Of a stretch of DNA of 17,507 bases, positions 1 through 8,130 are shown in pieces. This DNA comes from Candidatus Latescibacterota bacterium (GTDB taxonomy: Bacteria > Latescibacterota > UBA2968 > UBA8231). Location of the stretch: assembly GCA_965242865.1 (NCBI GenBank), contig CBDETK010000003.1:1-17507 (forward strand). Reading direction: 5' to 3'. The notes under the pieces are model-generated. The model made no database searches. It had not been told where the DNA came from and worked only from the letters and a program-made list of their open reading frames with translations. Position 1 is the stretch's first letter, and each line of letters starts with the position of its first letter. Both the position numbers and the translations under genes were made by a program.

Positions 1-3000
1 CAGACCCGCGCGCGGCGTCACGGCCACCCCGCCGTCCATCGGCAGGCGCTTCCCGACCTCCACGCCCAGGGCGTAGCCACGGCCGTTCACGTCGTTCTTC
101 AGCGTGGCGCCGGTCATCGATTCCAGATCCGCCTGGTACCACGTCACCGCGGCCTGCGCGTCCACGTGGAAGCCTCCGTCGAGCGCCCTCGTGGCATGCA
201 CGCCCACCCCGGCGCCCGACAGATCGATCTCGCCACCCCCTGTCATCTCCGCCGAACCCCGCAAGCCGTGGACCGACACGCCGACACCCCCGGCGTCGCC
301 CATCGCGAAGTCCATCCCCGCGCGCACCCCGTGGCGGCGATGGTCATAGGCGACGTTCTCCAGTGGCGTCGAAGTGTCCGCCGTCTGTTGCTGATGCGTC
401 GAGCTGTCTGCCTTCCACTTGCCGCGCGCGGCTTCCACCCGCGCCCAACCACCCTTGGCGTCCCGCGCCGCCGACGTCCGCTCCTCGTAGGTCGGGAGGC
501 CGTTCATCGCCAGCAGCGCCGATGGCAGCGCCGCGTACAGGCCGCACCGTTCCGGCACAGTGACGCAATTCATCATCATCGGTTCCGGTGCCGGTGCCGG
601 TGCCGGTGGCGGTGCCGGTTTCGGATCGAACCTGGGGTCTTCGTCGGAGCCCAGGTCCGGCACGCCGTCCGGGCGAAGGGGCACGGGCCGCGTTTCCATG
701 CCGGTGTTCTCGCCATCCGAGTCGACCGGGGAGAAGGTCACCCCTCCGGAGGCATCAATGCCAGAGCCGTCGATGCTGCCCCGCACCCTCGCCACCGCAT
801 TCTCGGCACCTTGCTGATACGGTCTTCCGGTAGTGGGATTCACGTCGTCGGCCGCGACCAGATAGATCACCTTGGTCGCCGGGCCGTCGCCCTGGATGGC
901 ATCGTCGGCGCCGTTGGCGTCCACGAGGGCCTCCAGGCCGACGGTCACGCTGCCGCCGCCGGTGAGATGCACCGCCGCCTCTGCGCCCGTGCTGCCCCGC
1001 ACCTGGCCGTCGATGACGATGACCGCTTCGCCCGGATCGTTGACCAGAACCGCCGGCTGCCCGGCACCGGCGTTCAGCATGCCGGTCTCGCCGACCAGCA
1101 GCACCCCACCGCCATGGAGATGGACGGCCGCGGCCCCCGTGCCGCCCATCACCGTGCCGTGCACCGTGACGAAGTGCTGGCGCAGGTCCGTCATGTCTTC
1201 CCGCAGATACAGGGACTCGCCCCGCTCGGTGTCCTTCCCCACATCGCCCAGACCCGCGTTCGCCACGTAGATGCCCGCCTCGGGGCCGGCGCTCGTGACG
1301 GTCGTGCCCGCGGCCACGGTGATGTCGATGAGGCCGTTGCTGTCGCTGGACTCCGCGTAGAGGGCGCGGATGCCGGTGCTCCGCGATGTATTGATGTCGA
1401 TGCTGAGGCATGGGTTCGGCTCCGAGCTGCAATCGTAGTCCGGAGCCGAGGGCAAGGGCGTATCCGTGGGCGGGACCCGGCACATGCCCATGCCGTCATC
1501 ACCGCGGGTCTGACCCTCGGGGCACGACGGCAGCGGAGCCTCTTGAAGGCCGGAGACGTTCAGCAAGCCCTCCGCGTTGAGCGGAACCCGCATCTCCATG
1601 CCGGTCGAGCCTTCCGAGTCGAGCACGGCCAGCCTCACCCCTTCGGAGGCGTCGATGCCAGAGCCGCCGATGCCGCCCTGCACCCTCGCCGCCGCCGCTT
1701 CGGCGCCTTCCCGATACACGACTCCGGCATCGGACACGTGCCGGCGCCCGGTCTCGGTCGTGCCGCCGGCCGCGACCAGCAGCCTCACCGTGGTCGCCGC
1801 GTCGTCGCCCCGGATGGCCCTGCGGGCGCCGTTGGCATCCACCCTACCGCTCGTGCCGACGGTCACGCTGCCGCCGCCGGTCAGATGCACCGCCGCATCC
1901 GCGTTCATGCTGCCCTGCACCTGGCCGTCGATGACGATGACCGCTTCGCCCGGGTCGTTGACCAGAACAGCCGGCTGCCCGGCGGAGGCATTCAGCCTGC
2001 CGGTCCGGCCGACCAGCAGCACCCCACCGCCCACGAGACGAACGGCCGCGTCCTCCGTGCCGCCCGTCACCGTGCCGTGCACCGTGACGAAGTGCTGGCG
2101 CAGGCCCGTCACGTCTTCCCGCAGATACAGGGACCTGCCCCGCTCGGAGTCCATCTCCACATCGCCCAGACCCGCGTTCGCCACGTAGATGCCCGCCTCG
2201 GCGCCGGCGCTCGTGACGGTCGTGCCCGCGGCCACGGTGACGTCGATGCGGCCGTTGCTGTCGTCGGGCGAAAAATAGAAGGCGCGGATGCCGGAGCTCC
2301 GCGATTCTTCGATGTCGATGCGGAGGCATGGGTTCGGCTCCGAGCTGCAATCGAAGTGCGGGGGCGGCGGAGCCCGCATATAGCCGGAGACGTTCAGCAA
2401 GCCCTCCTCGTTGAGCGTAACCGGCATCTCCATGCCGGTCGGGCCTTCCGAGTCGACCACGGCGAGGTGCACCCCTCCGCCGTCGGAGCCCGTGATGCCG
2501 TCACCGGCGATGCCGCCTTTCAACCTCTCATTCACATTCTCGACGCCCTGCCGATACGGGGTTCCGTCGTCGTCCACATACCGGTGTCCAGTAGTTTCAC
2601 TCGTGCCGCTGGCCGCAACCTCCACGACCACCTTGGTCATCTCGCCGTCGCCCAGGATGGCGTCGGTGGCGCCGTTGGCGTCCACGCTGCCGACCGGACC
2701 GAGGGTCACCACGCTGCCGCCACCGGTGAGATGCACCGCCGCCGGCGCGCCCGCGCCGCCCCTCACCTCGCCTTCGATGCGGACCTCCGCCCGGCCGGAG
2801 CCGTTGATCCAGATCGCGCGGCCCGAAGAGCCGGCGCCGGCGTATACCTTGCCCATCTCGCCGACCGTCAGCGTACCGCCGCCGACCAGATGGACGGCCG
2901 CGTCCGTGCCGCCCGTCACCGTGCCGTTCATGACCCTCACGGTCTGCTTCAGGATGCGGTCGACACCGGTTCCCATGGCGCCCGCGTTGGCGACGTAGAT

Positions 3001-5679
3001 GCCGGCCATGGCGCCGGTGACGGTGGCCTCGGTGCCGGTGTTGGTCGTCGTGCCATCGGCCGCAATGACGGGAGCGACGCCCACGGTGACGCTGATGGCG
3101 CCGTTGTTGGCGTTCGGCGTCGCGTAGTAGGCGCGGATGCCGTCACCCCGCGAATTGATGGAGCCCCCGGTCATGTTGACCCGGATGTTCCCGACGTTGT
3201 AGCGGTCGAGGAACGCCTTCACCAAGCTCCAGTAGTCCGCGTCGTTCGCCATGTCGTCCATGACGCCCGCGTCGGTGAGCGCGGCGTCCACGGCGGCTTC
3301 GTCACCCGTCGCCACCGCCGCCAGCACCGCCTTCTCCTTGTCCGAGAGGCCCCGCGTCATGAGATCCACCAGGGCGGCCCGGTTGGCGAGGCCGTCATCC
3401 CCCAGGTAGGCCTCGATCTCGGTCTCGGTGTACACGTCGTTGTTATCGGTGTCGATGGCGTCGAGGGCCGTGGCGAGCGCGCTCCCGTCCTCGACCATGA
3501 CGTCACCGTTGTCGATCGCTGCCTTGGCCTGCTTCACGAGGGCGTCCGTCTGAGTCTCGAGCTCCGAGCCGGCCGCTGCGGCGGGATTGAACTCCAGGAG
3601 CTGGGCCGCGCGATCCGCAATCGCGGTCTCGTCGGCCTTCGCCACCTGCTCCACCACGTCGCGCCAGGTCATGACCTGGGCCTCGATGCCCGCCGGCGCG
3701 CCGTAGCGGATGCTCCCCTCGACCTGCCCGGCCTGCACCTCCCGGTCGAGGTCGAACGCGGAGGCGACGGTCGCCGCCACGAAGCGGTCGTCGTCGTTCG
3801 GGGCGACGGTGGCCGTCGTCCCGTGGGAGAACGTGCCCATCCAGGTGACGTCGATCACTTCCGGTTCCGCGGGGGTCGTCCGAGCCACGGCCGTTGCGGC
3901 GGTGGAGTAGGGCGCCACGAAGGCGTAGACGCCCTTCCGGCCCTGGATCGTCCCGCCCTGGGTGACCTTGATCTGGCTGCCGTTGTTTGTCGTGGTGTCG
4001 GCGTCCTGCGTCCCCTCCCAGAGGCGGGCGAAGATCCCGGCGTTGTACTTCGAGATGAGCATCGTGTCGTCGCCCGAGACCTCGACGATGACGTTGCCCG
4101 TCCCCCGGTTCATGGCGAGGACGGCGGCCCCCTTGCCCCTGCTCGCGGCGGCGGCGGAGGGGGAGGTGGCAAGGGCGGCGGCGACGGGGTCGGCCTTGGC
4201 GCTCGCCCGGACCGTACCGCCCGTCACCTTGACGGTCACGGGGTCCGTGCTCGCCGTCGCGCCGGCCCCCCTGTTCTCGACGAAGATGCCGTTCCACCCC
4301 GAGGCGACGATCGTGCCGCCGGTATTGGTGATGGAGGTCGCGCCGTTGCCCCTCCTCGACACGTAGAGGCCGTGGCTCCCCGCGGTGACGTCGGCGCCGT
4401 TGGAGATCGTGACCGCGCCCGTATACATGGAGTTGTCCCGCACTTCGATACCGTGCCTCGGGGCGGTGATCGAGCCGCCCTCGGTCGTGACGGTCATGGC
4501 GCCGCTGTTCGTTGCCTCGTTGCCGGCGGAGTTCGGGGCCCTCTGGATGAACATGCCATCGGTGTTATCGGCTGTCGCCACGAGGTCACCGCCGGTCATC
4601 TTGACCGTGATATCGCCCGTGCCCTCGATCTGGTAGAGCTCGACGGCGTTGCGGGCGGCGGCTGTGATGTCGCCGCCGATGTTGATCGTGGTATCGCCGG
4701 AGCCGGCGGCTGTGTTGGCGCCGCCGGTTTGCCCGTGGCGCACGAAGACGCCTTGATGATTCGAGGTGATGGCGCCCCCGGTGTGCCCGACCGTGAGGTC
4801 ACCGTGGCCTTCGTAATCCACCGAGATGCCCCGGCCCGAGGCGGCCGTCGTCGTGATGTCGCCATTGCTGGTGACTGTGAGGTCGCCAGTATCCGTGGTG
4901 TCCGTGGAGCGGGCATACCACGCGTAGATGCCGTGGCCGCCGGTCACATGGATATTGCCGGTGTTCTCGACCCTCGAGTCTGCCGTGGTGCCGCTGTTCG
5001 CGCCGTTCCGAGAGAACCAGATGCCCAGCCGGTTGGCGTAGATCTTCGCCGCGGACGTTATGGTCGCTGCGCCAGCGGTCTCCTGCAGGATGCGGACGCC
5101 CGCGGTATTGTTGTTGGTAGCTATCGGGCTTCCACTCGCGCCGATTGTCACGTCGCCTTCGATGGTTATCGTCGACGTCCCGTCGCCGCTGCCACGCCAG
5201 ATGTAGACGCCACTCGAGACTCCTCCTCCCGTGACGGTCACTTCGGACACGCCGCCCACTTCGAGCGCGGCGTTGCCGCCGCTGGCGTTCATGAAGACGG
5301 CGCCCGAACCCGTGGCCGTGAGCACGATCTTTGCCTGGGATCCCGTCTGGCTGCCCACGTAGACCGTGCCTGCCATATTGGCGGTCGAATGGGTGTAGGA
5401 GATGGGCGAATAGGTACCGGTTGAGACACCGTCTGAGGTGGTGACGGTCGCGCCGGTGCCAATACCATCGCAGTTGGCCGTAAGCGGGCTGCCGGACAGG
5501 GTACCGCACGTGTTCGCCCTCGCCTCGCCCGGCAGGAGGAGGAGCGCGGCGAGGAAGGCGACGGCCGCGGCCGCCATCCCCCTCGGCGACGCCCCGGACT
5601 CGCGAGCCGCGGGGCCCTCCCCCGAGCGCCCGCGCCAGATGCGGCTGCTGGAGCCGTTCCCAACTGCAAGTACGTTCAT
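1..5679 (-). CDS. Large autotransporter (type Va) surface protein / adhesin-like; 3' end beyond the window
   Basis: ATG at 5679 preceded by GAGGA. The N-terminus MNVLAVGNGSS...MAAAAVAFLAALLLLPGEARA looks like an extended signal peptide. It is followed by a G/T/V/D-rich beta-helix-like passenger, a Pro-rich linker (PKPAPPPAPAPAPEP, ~580-630) and beta-barrel-type strands (GFHVDAQAAVTWYQADL...GRGYALGVEVGKRL...VTPRAGL) at the left edge. The ORF track lists no minus-strand ORF ending in this frame, consistent with the frame being open to position 1 (1893 codons). Confidence 0.9.
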   Translation of the reverse strand, partial: MNVLAVGNGSSSRIWRGRSGEGPAARESGASPRGMAAAAVAFLAALLLLPGEARANTCGTLSGSPLTANCDGIGTGATVTTSDGVSTGTYSPISYTHSTANMAGTVYVGSQTGSQAKIVLTATGSGAVFMNASGGNAALEVGGVSEVTVTGGGVSSGVYIWRGSGDGTSTITIEGDVTIGASGSPIATNNNTAGVRILQETAGAATITSAAKIYANRLGIWFSRNGANSGTTADSRVENTGNIHVTGGHGIYAWYARSTDTTDTGDLTVTSNGDITTTAASGRGISVDYEGHGDLTVGHTGGAITSNHQGVFVRHGQTGGANTAAGSGDTTINIGGDITAAARNAVELYQIEGTGDITVKMTGGDLVATADNTDGMFIQRAPNSAGNEATNSGAMTVTTEGGSITAPRHGIEVRDNSMYTGAVTISNGADVTAGSHGLYVSRRGNGATSITNTGGTIVASGWNGIFVENRGAGATASTDPVTVKVTGGTVRASAKADPVAAALATSPSAAAASRGKGAAVLAMNRGTGNVIVEVSGDDTMLISKYNAGIFARLWEGTQDADTTTNNGSQIKVTQGGTIQGRKGVYAFVAPYSTAATAVARTTPAEPEVIDVTWMGTFSHGTTATVAPNDDDRFVAATVASAFDLDREVQAGQVEGSIRYGAPAGIEAQVMTWRDVVEQVAKADETAIADRAAQLLEFNPAAAAGSELETQTDALVKQAKAAIDNGDVMVEDGSALATALDAIDTDNNDVYTETEIEAYLGDDGLANRAALVDLMTRGLSDKEKAVLAAVATGDEAAVDAALTDAGVMDDMANDADYWSLVKAFLDRYNVGNIRVNMTGGSINSRGDGIRAYYATPNANNGAISVTVGVAPVIAADGTTTNTGTEATVTGAMAGIYVANAGAMGTGVDRILKQTVRVMNGTVTGGTDAAVHLVGGGTLTVGEMGKVYAGAGSSGRAIWINGSGRAEVRIEGEVRGGAGAPAAVHLTGGGSVVTLGPVGSVDANGATDAILGDGEMTKVVVEVAASGTSETTGHRYVDDDGTPYRQGVENVNERLKGGIAGDGITGSDGGGVHLAVVDSEGPTGMEMPVTLNEEGLLNVSGYMRAPPPPHFDCSSEPNPCLRIDIEESRSSGIRAFYFSPDDSNGRIDVTVAAGTTVTSAGAEAGIYVANAGLGDVEMDSERGRSLYLREDVTGLRQHFVTVHGTVTGGTEDAAVRLVGGGVLLVGRTGRLNASAGQPAVLVNDPGEAVIVIDGQVQGSMNADAAVHLTGGGSVTVGTSGRVDANGARRAIRGDDAATTVRLLVAAGGTTETGRRHVSDAGVVYREGAEAAAARVQGGIGGSGIDASEGVRLAVLDSEGSTGMEMRVPLNAEGLLNVSGLQEAPLPSCPEGQTRGDDGMGMCRVPPTDTPLPSAPDYDCSSEPNPCLSIDINTSRSTGIRALYAESSDSNGLIDITVAAGTTVTSAGPEAGIYVANAGLGDVGKDTERGESLYLREDMTDLRQHFVTVHGTVMGGTGAAAVHLHGGGVLLVGETGMLNAGAGQPAVLVNDPGEAVIVIDGQVRGSTGAEAAVHLTGGGSVTVGLEALVDANGADDAIQGDGPATKVIYLVAADDVNPTTGRPYQQGAENAVARVRGSIDGSGIDASGGVTFSPVDSDGENTGMETRPVPLRPDGVPDLGSDEDPRFDPKPAPPPAPAPAPEPMMMNCVTVPERCGLYAALPSALLAMNGLPTYEERTSAARDAKGGWARVEAARGKWKADSSTHQQQTADTSTPLENVAYDHRRHGVRAGMDFAMGDAGGVGVSVHGLRGSAEMTGGGEIDLSGAGVGVHATRALDGGFHVDAQAAVTWYQADLESMTGATLKNDVNGRGYALGVEVGKRLPMDGGVAVTPRAGL
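700..3140 (-). repeat. Three large (~850-920 bp, ~280-306 aa) tandem repeats in the autotransporter passenger
   Basis: A GTCACGCTGCCGCCGCCGGTnAGATGCACCGCCG-type anchor recurs at ~944, ~1862 and ~2710. GCCGGAGACGTTCAGCAAGCCCTCC occurs at ~1549 and ~2383. Segments ~940-1430 and ~1860-2350 are highly similar. Confidence 0.85.
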
Positions 5680-5771
5680 TGCCTGTTTCCTCTTGTTGAG
5701 ATCGCCCCCTGAGCCGCTTGGGCGGGGTTGGGGCATTCAGCCAGCCGTCGCGGCCAGCCCACGCGGGCGGA

Positions 5772-5799
5772 AGTATACCCCCCGAAGTTCGACGTGCAA
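5772..5799 (-). promoter_or_regulatory. Putative sigma70 promoter of the autotransporter
   Basis: Minus strand TTGCAC-N16-TATACT, ~90 bp upstream of the ATG. A 12-bp direct repeat (CCCCTGATCCCG x2, 5801-5824) sits just upstream of the -35 box. Confidence 0.5.
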
Positions 5800-5927
5800 C
5801 CCCCTGATCCCGCCCCTGATCCCGCGCACGTCAACGCGGGCGGAGAGGCCCCCGCCCCGCTCCGGGAGGCAGGTGCGCGGGGGGGACCTTCGCCGGTCGC
5901 CGGGTGCGCCTCCCGCGAACGCTCCCG

Positions 5928-6643
5928 GGGGCGGCGCGCCCTCGATCCGAAGCTCCCCGGGTCACGGTTCGGCGGCGAGTCGCCGCGACGATGGGGGCGG
6001 CGCACCCCCCAATCCGAAGTCCGAAGCTCCCCGGGTCGCGCGGCCCGGCCGGGCCGACGGCCCCGATGGGGCGGCGCGCCCCCAATCCGATGCTCCCCGG
6101 GTCTTCCCGTGCCGGCGGGACGCCGGCGTACCCGGGGCGGGGCGGCCCCAATCCGGCTCCCCGGGTCTTCCCGTGCCGGCGGGACGCCGGCGTACCCGGG
6201 GCGGGGCGGCCCCCAATCCGGGCTCCCCGGGTCTTCCCGTGCCGGCGGGACGCCGGCGTACCCGGGGCGGGGCGGCCCCAATCCGGAGCTCCCCGGAGTC
6301 TTCCCGTGCCGGCGGGACGCCGGCGTACCCGGCGGGGCGTCCCCCAATCCGGGCTCACCGGGTCTTCCCGTGCCGGCGGGACGCCGGCGTACCCGGGGCG
6401 GGGGTACCCGGGGCGGGGCGGCCCCCAATCCGGGCTCCCCGGGTCTTCCCGTACCGGCGGGACGCCGGCGTACCCGGGGCGGGGCGGCCCCAATCCGAAG
6501 CTCCCCGGAGTCTTCCCGTACCGGCGGGACGCCGGCGTACCCGGGGCGGGGCGGCCCCCAATCCGGGCTCCCCGGGTCTTCCCGTGCCGGCGGGACGCCG
6601 GCGTACCCGGGGCGGGGCAGCCCCAATCCGGGCTCCCCGGGTC
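5928..6643. repeat. CRISPR-like repeat/spacer array without cas genes: 11 ~36-bp repeats and 10 spacers (2 unique, plus 8 copies of a third)
   Basis: Repeat consensus GGGGCGGCGCGCCCCCAATCCGAAGCTCCCCGGGTC at 5928-5963, 5994-6037 (with an internal 7-bp duplication) and 6068-6103, then 8 more variant copies. Spacers 5964-5993, 6038-6067 and 6104-6133 are each 30 bp and unrelated apart from a shared CGAT near the 3' end of the first two. Spacer 3 recurs with a 64-67 bp period (one 81-bp unit has a 15-bp internal duplication). Confidence 0.85.
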
Positions 6644-6973
6644 GGGCAAGGCTCGACTGGTTATCCGGATTCGGATTTTTCAGCTCTCGGAGGTTCCCGG
6701 TACCGGGAACGATTCGATGAGGCGTGCGGCGCGGCGCCGGGTCGGCGCCGGCTCGGTGGGCACGGACAGGGCCGGGGCCGAGGGGCCGGCCGGAACCCGG
6801 CAGGTGTTGCGGCAGCGGGCCGCGAGCTCGCCGAGCAGGGTGTCGAGGCCGTGAAGGGGCGCTCCGTCGTCGCTGCGCCGGGATGCTTTCCCGTGCCGGG
6901 CGCGAGCGGTGGGTTGGGCCGCGGCGACGGGGTCGCGGGTGCGCCGGGCGTCGGCCAGGGTCCCGTCGTCGAA

Positions 6974-7320
6974 CCGCAGCGGCGCCCAGGCGCGGCGCAG
7001 GCGCCATCGGTGCGCCACCGTCCCCACCCCGACGCCCGCGGTGGCGCCCAGGCGCGGCGCAGGCGCCATTCGGTGCGCCACCGTCCCCACCCCGACGCCC
7101 GCAGCGGCGCCCAGGCGCGGCGCAGATGCCATCGGTGCGCCACCGTCCCCACCTCGACGCCCACGGTGGCGCCCAGGCGCGGCGCAGATGCCATCGGTGC
7201 GCCACCGTCCCCACCTCGACGCCCACGGTGGCGCCCAGGCGCGGCGCAGATGCCATCGGTGCGCCACCGTCCCCACCTCGACGCCCACGGTGGCGCCCAG
7301 GCGCGGCGCAGGCGCCATTC
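6974..7320. repeat. 62-63-bp tandem array: 6 copies of a transposase segment separated by 5 copies of a non-transposase insert
   Basis: GGCGCCCAGGCGCGGCGCAG starts at 6981, 7043, 7106, 7168, 7230 and 7292 and encodes part of W(R/H)LRRAWAP. The intervening sequence is GGTGCGCCACCGTCCCCACCYCGACGC. Confidence 0.9.
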
Positions 7321-7337
7321 CAGGCAGCCGGCCAGCA

Positions 7338-7450
7338 GGCACACGAGCCGATGCGCCCCGACCCGGCGCTCCTCATGTTGAAGGTCGCGATGGTGTGCTG
7401 CTCGCCCTGGGAGGGCACACGAGCCGATGCGCCCCGACCCGGCGCTCCTC
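7338..7450. repeat. Perfect 37-bp direct repeat flanking a 39-bp foreign insert
   Basis: GGCACACGAGCCGATGCGCCCCGACCCGGCGCTCCTC at 7338-7374 and 7414-7450. The insert 7375-7413 reads SQGEQHTIATFN(M) on the minus strand. Confidence 0.92.
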
Positions 7451-7567
7451 GCGGTGGCGGATGGGACGCACCCGGACGTCGAGCCCCTTCAGCGTGCGGA
7501 ACCAGCGTTCGGCGTCGGCCAGCCCCTTGCAGGTGCGCACCGTGTCTTCGGGGGAGAGCCGCCCGGC

Positions 7568-7791
7568 GGGCTCGCTGGTGCGAAGCACGTACGGGCTCGC
7601 CGGTGCGCAGCACGTACGGGCTCGCCGGTGCGAAGCACGTACGGGCTCGCCGGTGCGCAGCACGTACGGGCTCGCCGGTGCGCAGCACGTATGGGCTCGC
7701 CGGTGCGCAGCACGTATGGGCTCGCCGGTGCGAAGCACGTACGGGCTCGCCGGTGCGAAGCACGTATGGGCTCGCTGGTGCGCAGCACGTA
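7568..7791. repeat. 25-bp tandem repeat x9 (transposase YVLRT(S/G)EP segment plus 1 nt)
   Basis: GGGCTCGCYGGTGCGMAGCACGTAY starts at 7568, 7593 and so on to 7768. Confidence 0.93.
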
Positions 7792-7798
7792 GATGCCG

Positions 7799-8037
7799 TC
7801 GAGGCGCGCCTCGGCGTCGGTCCGCGCGTGGTCCCGTTCATGGACATCGAGGCGCGCCTCGGCGTCGATCCGCGCGTGGTCCCGTTCATGGACATCGAGG
7901 CGCGCCTCGGCGTCGATCCGCGCGTGGTCCCGTTCATGGACATCGAGGCGCGCCTCGGCGTCGGTCCGCGGGTGGTCCCGTTCATGGACATCGAGGCGCG
8001 CCCCGGCGTCGGTCCGCGCGTGGTCCCGTTCATGGAC
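7799..8037. repeat. 48-bp tandem repeat x5 (transposase [16 protein letters not shown])
   Basis: GAGGCGCGCCTCGGCGTCG...CATGGAC starts at 7801, 7849, 7897, 7945 and 7993. Confidence 0.93.
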
Positions 8038-8130
8038 CAGGCGCCCGTCGTGGACCGTCCACCGGAAGTGCTTGGCCATCCCCCGATGGGACTCGGGGGC
8101 AGGCTCGTGCCGTGCGATGACCCGGCCCGC

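Noticed and set aside
166-5424. 1752-aa plus-strand ORF
   Set aside because: Codon-aligned antisense shadow of the autotransporter; R/H/G/V-rich and not protein-like.
5928-6643. Canonical CRISPR-Cas locus
   Set aside because: No cas genes or AT-rich leader, non-canonical degenerate repeat, and 8 of 10 spacers essentially identical. Kept only as CRISPR-like.
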